NCBI GenBank assembly: GCA_964035545.1
Contig: OZ037768.1
Location: forward strand, 3,132,741 to 3,196,740
DNA: 64,000 nt
Source of the DNA: Bugula neritina
Taxonomy: Eukaryota; Animalia; Bryozoa
Reading direction: 5' to 3'
The translations under genes and the position numbers were made by a program. Shown here in pieces: positions 12,301 to 24,300 of the stretch. The notes under the pieces are model-generated. The model had not been told where the DNA came from and did not search any database. It worked only from the letters and a program-made list of their open reading frames with translations. Numbering within the stretch: the first letter of the stretch is position 1; every line of letters begins with the position of its first letter.

Positions 12301-15300
12301 TTGGCATGAGAAGATGACTTCTTCATTTTAGTCAAAGGCAATCAAACCTGGTAGTCTCTAACTATAAGCATGCAATACATATTATACATAGCACTGTGTT
12401 TACTGTGTGCAGAGAGTGATTGTATTGCTTTATGCATACACTTGCACAGTATATTGCTGTACTCTAGTCATATAATGTGAGTGTATATAATAATGCAGCC
12501 TATTGTTTTATGCTACACTATCATGAGTTATCTCCCCTGCTGTGTTTTAGTGGACTTTGTCACAGCGCTCTGTGCAGTCTCAATGGACGAGTTGTCTAAC
12601 GGCTCTCACCCGAGGATGTTTAGTCTGCAGAAGATAGTGGAGATATCCTACTATAATATGGGCAGAATCAGACTACAGTGGTCCAGGATATGGGCTGTCC
12701 TCGGTGAACACTTTAATAAGGTACCCATTTTATACATACTAGTGTGATATAGTATACTATCATACAGTTTATTATAATATAATACGGTTTACTATATAAT
12801 ATAGTTTAGTATAATATAATATGGTTTGTATGATATAATATGGTTTATTATAATGTCATACAGTTTATTATAATATAATGTAGTTTAGTATATAATATTA
12901 TACTGTTTAATATAATAATATATAATCATAATAGTACTCCTTGAGCAGGCTGTACCCTGAGCTAAAGAGCCTCTGTTTATTTTCAATTATAGCTCTAGAC
13001 TTGTTTAACTCATTCCATTTAATATTTTTCTTATAAGCACGTATGAACTCATAGCAAAAAGACAGCTTTATACAGAACAGTTTCTTGTGATGAGTTGAGT
13101 TGTTATACACTACTGCTGTGAGAGTTATCTGCTCTCTACTACTCTAGATATTACACATGTGTCGTATACTATGCTTGCAGGTGGGGTGTATACAAAATGA
13201 AGATGTGGCGTTCTTTGCCGTTGACTCGCTCCGTCAGTTGTCTATGAAGTTTCTGGAGAAAGGAGAATTTGCAAATTTTAGATTTCAGAAAGACTTCCTT
13301 CGACCATTTGAACATATCATGAAGAAAAACAGGCGAGTGTTTGCCTGTCCGCTTGTCTCCAGACTAGTTTGTGGGCTGCAGACGTTATTAATTGCAATTA
13401 TTCATGCAACTTAGTAGATGAAACCAATCAATGAACTGTGAACTCTAAATGAAATATCTTATTACAAATATTTTAGAGTTGTTTTGATAATATTTCAGAT
13501 CATTAACAAAATTTATGTTTGAATTTGTTTTGGTAATATTTTCTGCCATTAAGAATTATTAAATGCGTACTGAAGTGTTGGCTCTCCCTTGAATAATTGT
13601 CAGGTGGTTATTTATGGCGTTTGATCCGGAAGATTTGGTTCGGTTGAGTTTCAATTTTCGAAGCCAAATTAACCATTATTTGTCACAAGTGACTGGCCAT
13701 CGAGGTCAAATTCTGGACTCTTTATATGCTCATTAATGTTATCCGTGTTTATAAATGTTGTAAACAATATTCAAAAAATGTTGTGTTGGTCCCAAGAAAT
13801 AGTCCTGTGTTGAGTTATGCGAGTCGGTGTTTACTGTTTGTTGGCGTCTCTGTTGCAGGTCCATCTCCATCCGAGACATGGTAGTGCAGTGCGTCTCGCA
13901 GATGGTGCAGGCTCAGATGGCCAATATTAGGTCAGGTTGGAAAAACATATTCAGTGTGTTTCACTTGGCTGCTTCTGAGAATGAGGAGACAATTGTGTCT
14001 TTAGCATTCCAGACGACGGGCAACATTGTCAGTGAGTAGCCTGACCTAGTAGTACATTGTATACTGCCATGTAGTACATTGTATACTGTCATGTAGTACA
14101 TTGTATACTGTGATGTAGTACGCTGTAAGCTGTTGTAGTACACTCTACACTGTAGTAGTATGCCATACACTGTCGTATTTCAATTTGCAATGTGGTGGTA
14201 CAATTTATGATGTAGTAGTACACTATTTAGGAACTATATTAAGGCTATGGACTATACAGTAACTACTGTTATACATACTCGTGTGATGCATTTCCTGTAT
14301 GCTTGTATACCTGTATAATATTACTGCAGGTAAAGTGTTTGCGCAGTACTTTGATGCTGTGGTTGGCAGTTTCCAGGACGCAGTGAAGTGTCTATCGGAG
14401 TTCTCTTGTAACATTTCATTTCCTGACACGAGTATGGAAGCCATCAGACTCATTCGAGCCTGTGCCAGAATTGTTGCTGAGAAGCCAAAGGTTTGTTTGT
14501 ATGTATTGTGTGGTATAGTTTGTGAGGAGTATTAGACGTGCCCTATGAGTGGTTAGTGGTTGGAACTTGGGCTTAGGTCATGGGTATTATTGATGATGTC
14601 ACGAGGGTGTCAGGTCATGGTTGCTCCTGAGAAAGTCTTCATGCCATGTTGCCACCAGCATGGTGAGAGGCGTAGTGCTTAGCCCATATCAAAAATTTAC
14701 TACCAGGACTTCTAACAGGGATGGAGACTTGAATAAATGCGAGTTTTTTATTAGCTGCGTTCCTGTTAATTGATGTTACTAGCAATATGATCTCGCCCTA
14801 AAACTCTGCTGCTTCAGTACATTATTGTAGCAGATTCCTTAAAACTTGTTCAGTAAGTTAGATTTGTCTTCTACTGGAACTACATTCATTGCATTGAGTA
14901 ATATATATTGCACTTCAAAACAGTGTCATCACAGTTTATGTTAATAATAATATCTGCATGTTACCAAGTGTGCATTCTATTTACCTGCAGTTATTCCGAG
15001 AGGCTGGGGCCACACACGGAGCTGAGCAGGGCGAGACTCACGTACCCGTCAAGGAGGGAGATAGAGTGTGGGTCAAGGGATGGTTTCCCGTCTTGTTTGA
15101 ACTCTCTTGTATAATAAGCAGGTGCAAGATGGACGTGCGGACCAGGTGAGTTGGGCTCATTTGTTTATTGGTTACTTTATTAAAACAATTTTGCTGCTTT
15201 GTTTTTTCGCGGCTAGGCGCTGTTTGTTACTTTTTCAAATCTTAAAACAAAAATAATTGGTCTGCTTGTGAAGCTCAAGTTATAAGGAGAGCAGATTTTT

Positions 15301-18300
15301 CCTAAACTAAAGCCACAAAAACATGTTTTGATCAGCTTGTACTGCTTTGACAGGTAACTAATGTTGAGCACTTTCATTAATAACTTCCAAACCATTTTAT
15401 TGGCCAATTTCAACAATTTTGAAAAATGTTTTTTTTAATAGCTATTTGAACCAGTTGGGGCAGGGATTCTTCTAATAGCTAGATAAAAAACTGGGGACTT
15501 TAAATTATAACTGGCTATAATTAAGTCACTTGGCTCATAGTGTGGGGAATTTTAGATATTCGTATTTGCTGTGACGTGTTTTCTGGTTGATTTACCTGTA
15601 AAATCTTGTAGCTTTTACTTTGCTAACAAAAGCACTGAATAATTTGAATTAGCATAAAACTGATTTAATCAATTAATAACATGCACCAAAGTTTCTTTTG
15701 TAAATGATGAATGAATAGCATGCCTCGTGAGTAATAAATTGTTTGAAAAGGTTAAAATTTATCTTCATTAATAATAAATTAAATTTTTTAAATTAATGGT
15801 CACCTTTGGTCACCCTTCACCGCCATGGTTACTTATTTACCCAAGAAAATGTTTAGAAAGCAGTATGGAAAAAATTACAATTGACATAAATTGGTAAATA
15901 TAACAAAAAATAAGATGCCAGATGTTTATATGCACAGTAAATGTCACGAACTAAAGAATTGTCTGCCCCTGTAAGGGATGTATTGTTTTTGTATTGCAAT
16001 ATTTTTTCCAATTGTTTCATTTGGCTACATTTTTAATGCAATGATTAGTACCAATCTTTCTCTTGGAATACAGACTAACTCTGAGATCTCCAACGTTGTC
16101 TGTTATTTTTATTGCTGTTGTTCCTCTTTCTTCGGTTGCCATAACAACATTTTCTAATACCTTTTTATTGGGTTTTGTTCTGTAAAACCTGATTGGTTTA
16201 GTATTGCATAAGTTATTTCATGTTGTCGAAAGACTTGTAATCTCACAGCTTCTTTCATCTTAGAAATGTCTTATTTTATTGAGAAATTTCAAGTTTGTTA
16301 TTTTTAATTTTAATCTCATGTAATTCGTGTTGAATGATAAATATATCATGATTTGCGTAGAAGATTATGTTGCTATGAACCCAGTAAAAGTTCAAGTATT
16401 CCTACCTCAGCTTATTAGCACAGTTATAATAAATTGTTTTGGCTTTGCTTGTTAAAGCTGGAAGGGGTCTAAGAAGGGCAACCCGTGAGAACGTGGCTAT
16501 AGTTGTGTATGACATTCATCATACTGTTGATGTAATTTAGATTAGGCGTTGTGGCCCCAGTAATTCTCACCACATCTTGGTAATAGTCACATTTATTTAC
16601 CCAGAAAGAATAATTTATCATGTTTTAGGGTAATAATCATAAAATATTCTAATGGATTGTTGGCCAGGTGTTTTAAAGCCAACACAGCAATTCATTTGAA
16701 GTAACAATTAACAAGTTTTATCACTGAGATAATCCTTCTAAAACACAGAAATTGTTACGGCATTAAAAACAAAGTTAAGTAACAGCATTAATATGGTATG
16801 CACATAGAGCAATGATTCAATTTAATACCGTATAACAAATTACAATTAATGATGTATAATAATTTATTGTCTGTGTCTTTTTCTAATAGCTTTTGCTATT
16901 TATGTAGTCTTAGTATCTGTATGTACTTGGGAATAAAAAAGTTCTAATATTTTGAATGAAAATTTTCAAGTAAATTTGTTAATTAACAATTTTAATTATC
17001 ATTTAAATGTTTTTATTAGAATGCTGGCAAAATATTTTGTAACTATAAACTTTTTTTTCGTTATAATATTGTGTATTTCTGCCAGCAAATGCTGTAGTTA
17101 GTTAGTGAATGGACACCAGATGAATTCTGATATGATTTATGCTGATGCAACAATATAAGGCTGTGTGTGCATTAATAGCCCTCTGCAGATGTACTAAAAC
17201 TCAAATCCATCTTCCAAACAATTGACACCAACTAATGAAGCATCTCAATTCATATAACTATTATCTGAGAGTTAATCTAGTTTACTGCATTTAATTTTAT
17301 TATCTGTTGAACCATTTGTCATACTTTTGGTGACATTGAAGTCATGGGTCTAGTACAGAAGAGTGATTTATGAGGATTTAATAGTATGAGAGGAGACTGT
17401 AAGATGGTAACCTCACATGTCTAAGTACTAAATAAATGCACTCAACTAAGCTGCAATGTTATATAATGATACCACCACCGGATATCTTTAACACAATATC
17501 CCTTGTTAGCACTCATGTTCCTTTCTGCTTAATAGCAAATGAATTAACAATCTTTATATTACACTCATGTTCCTTTCTGCTTAATAGCAAATGAATTAAC
17601 AATCTTTATATCATATCTTGCTACAATATAATGATTACATAAAATACAGTTTGACCACTCTAATTCGACTACCAAATGCCATTATTACATCAATCGATTT
17701 TTTGTCATATTTTTAATCATTACTATTTTTAATTTAATTTTTTTGTTATCAAGTTAAATTCTGACTTGTAATCATGACTTAACATTATTTTATACTTAGT
17801 TTTATTTTCATTGCAGAGATTACACATTCAAATTTTAAAGTTGTTTGAAAGTTACAAGAGTTTAAGTTTCGCCCCACCAAGTCGGTCAGCTAATGCAACA
17901 AATAAAACAAAGTTTTCAATTATTTTTGTGAAATACCATGGTATTAAAATACAATCACTAATCACTTAGCAAAATGACACGGGATGCTGTTCTGTCCATA
18001 TATTTCTTGTACTTGTGTAACGACAGTATGTTAACTAGTGAGAATATCAGAAATCTAAAGTGATTTTTACTACCTCTATTATAAATCTTAGTTATAACTG
18101 TAATAAAATTATAACCACAACTGCAGATATTAATCATGTTATGAAATTATAAATTTATAAATATGTAACAGAGTTAATTTTTATGAGTTGAGATATCGAT
18201 AACATTTCATATTTATTCAGTATTAAATTTGGTACAATTGCAAGCTAAAAATAAAAATGATGATTTTAGTTGAATATTTTTCTCATGGTAGAAAGTTTAA

Positions 18301-21300
18301 GGAGTTATAAAATATGTGTTACACTAGTTGGTCTGAGTAGGCTCATGGAGGTATATCTTTGCATCTTGACTGTAAAATGAATTCAGAAATAAAATGCAAA
18401 ACGAATGGTTGCTAGCATAAGGCTAATTTATTACCTTGCTTATCAGCAATATTGCTAGCCTTCAACTTTTAGCATAAAATTATCTGAAATTTTTTCCAAG
18501 AGTTGTGTGTTACAGTGAACTATTTTAGTTTTTCAGAAAAAGAACTTGCAAGTCTCAATTGTGTAGAGTATTTTTTCTAATCATCATTTGAATTATTCAT
18601 GATTCTGCAAACATCAATTAAACACGTATTTTTATTGGTGAAACTATAATATTTTTGGAAAACAGAGATTTAAAGTTGACCTCAAACTGTGATTAAGCAA
18701 AGGTCAAGACAGAAGCCATCCACTTTTGCACCAAATTTCCCCCAAGGTAGACGAGCACAAACCTGTAAACATATTAATTCTAAATTGCTTCCCTTTCTCT
18801 GGTCAACCAAAATCAACCTAAAGCTTTTAATCTCCAACAACTTAATTAGTTTGTTGAAAGTTGAATTGCGTATTCAGTAATTTAATTTATTTACCGTCTA
18901 CAATAATAACATTACATAAGTATAATATTATGGTAAATACAATGCAATATTTAACAAGCACATAATTAATTGAGAATGAAGTTAGATTTCTTGCCAAGTT
19001 CTTGGAGGTTAGTGGCCACAACGTAGATTACTCACCATTCATAAAGATAATAATGTGATTAATACAACTTCAACAGGAAAAAACATTTATTGTTATCGTA
19101 AATAATCATGACTTTAAGTCCTTCCATGAGTAAAAATTGATACAATAATTAGCAAAATGCATTTTCTATATAAAAAATTAAATTATGTTGATTAGAGAAG
19201 TGCTTAAGCTGGGTGACCTCTAACCTCTTTCAAAGTTCTAAATATTGACAGGCATTTTTTAACGCAAGCAGCCATTTTGTAAAATCTTCATAAATTGTGA
19301 ACTGAAATCTTATGTTTTGTATAAACCTGTAATAGAGAAGTAGATCCTTTGTTAGCTGTTGCAGTTGAAATTAAAATGTGGATTATTTTGCTTTGTTTGC
19401 ACAATAACAATCCCACAGTGTGAAAGTACAATTATGTAAATGAGTTCAATGTTACAGTTAATAAGTTTTTCTTCAGTGTTGCGTTTTTAATGGTTGGTCA
19501 ACGAATATCTATTTCCATTATCAGTGTGTTACTATCCCTTAGTTAATCAAGTTTGTGAGGAGGCAGTATATAACAGCTTCTGTTGGGACTTTACATAAGC
19601 TGGGAAAGCTTTTCTCTAATTCATCATAGCTTTTCATGTATCATCTCAGCTATGCCAGCTATATTATGCTTTTTCCACACTCATTATGGCTACTACACAA
19701 AAGCTAATCTTTTTGACTGGTATAAAAACCTAGCATTTTTGCTTATCTTTGATACTTGCGTTTTACACTTACAACTTGCAAATACACTTATAACTTATGA
19801 TGCTACGGTTTTTCACATTGCTACTTTCTTTCAGTCTGCCACAATAAATATTTCTATATACTAAAACACAACAGCTTCAAAGCCCGAGGTCAATTTTTCC
19901 TGTATATTCTACTAAACTGTCAGCTGATACCAGCAAATTATGTTGAACTGTTGAAACAGTTTTACTCACATGTCTGTAATTAAACCTTTTTGGCCATCTT
20001 TAAACCAATTGATAAAAAATTTGTGAACATTAATGAAGGGACTGGACGTATGTTATGTATTTTTTGAAAGTTAGACATTTGTATCCAAAGTAAGATTTAT
20101 TACAATATAAAATTTTGGTTGGTAATATATAAGAGCCACCCCCCTCCCCTCCCTTCCTCCAAGTAGTTGTTGAACTATTCTTAAGCAATTTCATTTTCTT
20201 GTGATTAATTGTGAAAAGCATTTGAAGGTTTTTATTGAAGCAAAGCTTCGATTCAGATTTGAAATTTTAGCTTGATATGAAAAGTGCTTTCATTCTGTAT
20301 AAAGACTTGTGAATCATATTTTCAATGTGTACACAACTTATTAGAGGTAGATAAAAAAAATTTTGAAAATGTAAGTGTTAGAAATATTTGTAAACGTTAA
20401 AACGTTGCACCCTGAAGCATTTATCTTTTGTAAACTCGTATTTTATTTTTACTGAGTCATTAGAAATGCATGTATCAAGTGGTAAACAGTCCGGTCAATT
20501 GGAAGCTGGCGTTTCTACAAACTACCTGTGGTTTACCTATGATGTACCTGTGGCTTACTTATGGTTTGCCTCTTAGGACTTAGGAGAATCAGCTATTATA
20601 TCATATTATGTTATATTCTATTACATTATATTATATAATGTTAAGTATACTGGCTAATATTGCTGTTGATTTGGCTTCAGGGGTCTCACGGTGATGTTTG
20701 AAATCATGAAAACTTATGGTGAAGATTTTGAGAGACACTGGTGGAAGGATTTGTTTCGGATTATATTCAGAATATTTGATAACATGAAGCTGCCTGAGCA
20801 GCAATCTGAGGTAAATTTTCGTTCCTACCTGTGTGTTCTCTGTGCGTCACCTTACCTGTGTTCTCTGTGCGTCACCTTACCTGTGAGTGTTGTTACCTTA
20901 TCTATACCTGTAAGTATAATAGAATAGTGTAATATAATAAAATATAATATAATAGTATATGTACTATAATCTATATAATATGTTATTCTTGTAGAAGACA
21001 GAGTGGATGACTACAACATGTAACCATGCCCTGTATGCAATAGTAGATGTCTTCACACAATACTACTCTGTCCTGCAAGACGTCCTTCTCTCTGACTTGT
21101 ATGATCAGCTGTATTGGTGTGTGCAGCAAGGTATGCTGTACTGTACTGTGTGTACTGTACTGTGTGCAGTGTACTGTGTGTACTGTACTGTGTGTGGTGT
21201 ACTATGTGTGGTGTACTGTGTGTAGTGTACTGTGTGTAGTGTACTGTGTGTACTGTACTGTGTGTACTGTACTGTGTGTAGTGTACTGTGTATAGTGTAC

Positions 21301-24300
21301 TGTGTGTAGTTACTGTGTGTAGTGTACTGTGTCTAGTGTACTGTGTGTAGTGTACTGTGTAGTGTATTGTGTGTACTGTACTGTGTGTACTGTGCTGTGT
21401 AGTGTACAGTGTGTAGTGTACGGGATATGTGTGCAGTGTGTAGTATGCAGCCTGTAGTGTACTGTGTGTAGTGTACTGTGTGTAGTGTACTGTGTGTAGT
21501 ATACTGGATATGTGTACTGTGTGTAGTATACAGCCTGTAGTATACAGCCTGTAGTGTAATGTAGTGTACGTGTTTTGTATCTTCTTATTTTCTTGTTCCT
21601 GTGTGTCCCAACAACATTTATCTTGTGAGTAGTTTAACAGAGACTAGCTGTAAAGGCAACACATTTGATGTAATGAGATGCTATAGTGTTGACCTGAACT
21701 ACACCAAGCTGAGTTGTTATATCACAACATAAATTATCCTTTCTATAAATAGTGTGACATAAATATTTTCGTATGGCAAGCGATTGAAATAAATCACTTA
21801 ACAATACATGTTTCGAGTCATCGGCTTAGAATTTTTTTAGATTTTTGTCAACGTTGTTGTAGATTTTTGGCTTCGAATTTACAAGAATATTGCCAGGTGT
21901 TTGATATTTTCCCTCATCTATTATTACGAGTGGTGATGCGAGAGTTTATCATAGCTTGGCAGTTTCTCCTCTGTGTTTGATTGTTGCAATATTTATATAA
22001 TCCAGTTGGCAGGCCATGCAAACTCATTACAAGAGCGCTTCTCTTACCCTTGGATGATAGTTTTGTAAATAGACTGAGGGGTTTGGTGATTGCTAGCAAT
22101 GGTTGGTGTCTTTCTATACACCCTCTGTACTCTAATATTGCGAGTACTTTGCCTCGTTTCGAGTCGTAATTTGAATGCCCCTAACTTGGCTATACTTTGA
22201 GTCGTTGAAACAAAAACGAGGAAGTGCAAGGAATTTTTTTCTCACGAATCTTACTTTTCAAAACAATCAATTTAAATCAATCGGAAAAAACATGTGAATA
22301 ATTTATGTAGCTGTTTGACAGCTTCCAATGCGAGTTTGTATGTTTTTGAAAGTTGATAGACGTGGTGTCTCATGGACTTTTCAATTTGTATAGATAATGA
22401 GCAGTTGGCGAGATCCGGTACGAACTGCCTCGAGAATCTGGTCATTTCTAATGGTGCTAAGTTTTCGTCCGGGGTTTGGGATGAAACTTGTCAGTGCATT
22501 GTTAAGATATTCCAGACCACTATTCCACAACAGTAAGTAATAATATACATGTAAATATGTCCTATATTTCCACAACAGTAAGTATTAATATACCTGTAAG
22601 TATACCCTATAATTCCACAACAGTAAGTATTAATATACATGTAAATATATCCTATAATTCCACAACAGTAAGTAATAATATACATGTAAGTATGGTTTAC
22701 AATTCTACGGGTATACAAATGTGTATTTCAATTGCTATTATTAAAGCTCTTACTAATGTTACCATCTCAGTGTGTGCTTTGCTCAGTATACTCTCGGATT
22801 ACATTGTTACAGTCTGCTCACCTGGGCTCCAGGAGACGTCTCCGCGGAGTCATCGGCAGCAGACAATCCTAACAGAGCTCTGGGCAGAAGTGAGAGTAAC
22901 CAGAGTGTAGTCAGCCAAGGCAGCATTCTTTCGCAAGATCCAGCCAATCAGAAGATACCAAATATGAGTGAGTATGACTCATTTAGTCAACAGAATGGCT
23001 TATGAGTTATCTTCCCCTGTTACATACTCAACTGTCTCTGCTAGAGTTTTACTTAATGTAACATGAATAATCAGGTTGATATGTAAGCCTTTTGTTGAAA
23101 TATTCATTTATAATTTCCCTTAGCACTGCTCAGTAGTAAATTACCGAGTTACTAAAGACATATGTCACGCTCAGTGTAAGCTGCTTAGCTTAATAATAAT
23201 TTAGAAAATTTATGAAATTTTCTAACTGCCCAAAATAATGCCTTCTGGAGGATGTCAAACCACAATAATTATACTAAGTGTTACTCTTACCTGCGTTTTG
23301 AAATATTTTTCAAATGACTCACTTTTTATCTAACGTTAACTTACTTTACACATTACCTACTTACTTCGCGTATCACGTTACTTACTCTGACATTACCATT
23401 ACCTCTCCTTTGTAGAAGTGCACACACAAGACAAGCTATTCTCCTCTCTGCTCATCAAATGCATTGTACAACTTGAACTCATCCAAACTATAGACAATGT
23501 GATATTCTACCCAACTACTAGCAAGAAAGATGATCATGATAACATCCTGGCTGCTCAATCGGTGAGTTTAGTTACTGTTTACTGTGTGTAGTTACTGTGT
23601 ATTGTGTGTAGTTACTGTGTATTGTGTGTATATACTGTGTATTGTGTGTATATACAGTGTATTGTGTGTAGTTACAGTGTAGTGTGTGTAGTTACTGTTG
23701 ATTCTGTATTGACTACAACATTTCTGACCGCCATGTTTTGTCTATTTATAGAACACGTCTGCTCCACCCTCCAGCGATTCTGCAGACGCCAGACTCAAAG
23801 CTCACTCTGACTCTATAAGCAGTGTCAATGAACAGGGAATGTACTCCTATCTTAATGAGCAACAGCTCTTCCTATTGGTCGATTGTTTAGTTGAGTCACA
23901 CCGATTCGCTGTCCGGTTTAATGCTGATCATGAGCAGAGAAATGCCTTGTGGAAAGCAGGTGTGGCCCTACTTGCAGTTCATGTGAACATCCTGTGTGAA
24001 AGTGCTTATCGCTGCAGGGCTTCAAGCTCTTCTTTTATTTCTAATTCTTTTGGATTTTCTGGAGAACATCTGAAATTAAATATTGATTTTATTGTAATTT
24101 GCGTAAAAAACGCAACTGTGTAAAGATGTTTTTGACTTTCTGCTTTAAAAGAGTATTATTTTTCTATATCTGAATATTCTCTCTCTAATAATATGTCGTG
24201 TCTTTTCTGACCTTCCCTCCATCTCATTGCTGTTAATGAAGCTGTTACCTCATAGATGCTACTCCACCCCCAGCTGTGTATAAAGTGCCTGTTGCCCTGA

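Noticed and set aside
16015-16625. Short antisense open frames in the large ARFGEF intron suggesting a nested gene
   Set aside because: Only ~50 codons each, with no recognisable domain and no consistent splice chain.
21650-22370. Possible MITE/Helitron fragments (also 47750-48285)
   Set aside because: CpG-richer composition suggests inserted DNA, but I could not identify terminal repeats, target-site duplications or a second copy.
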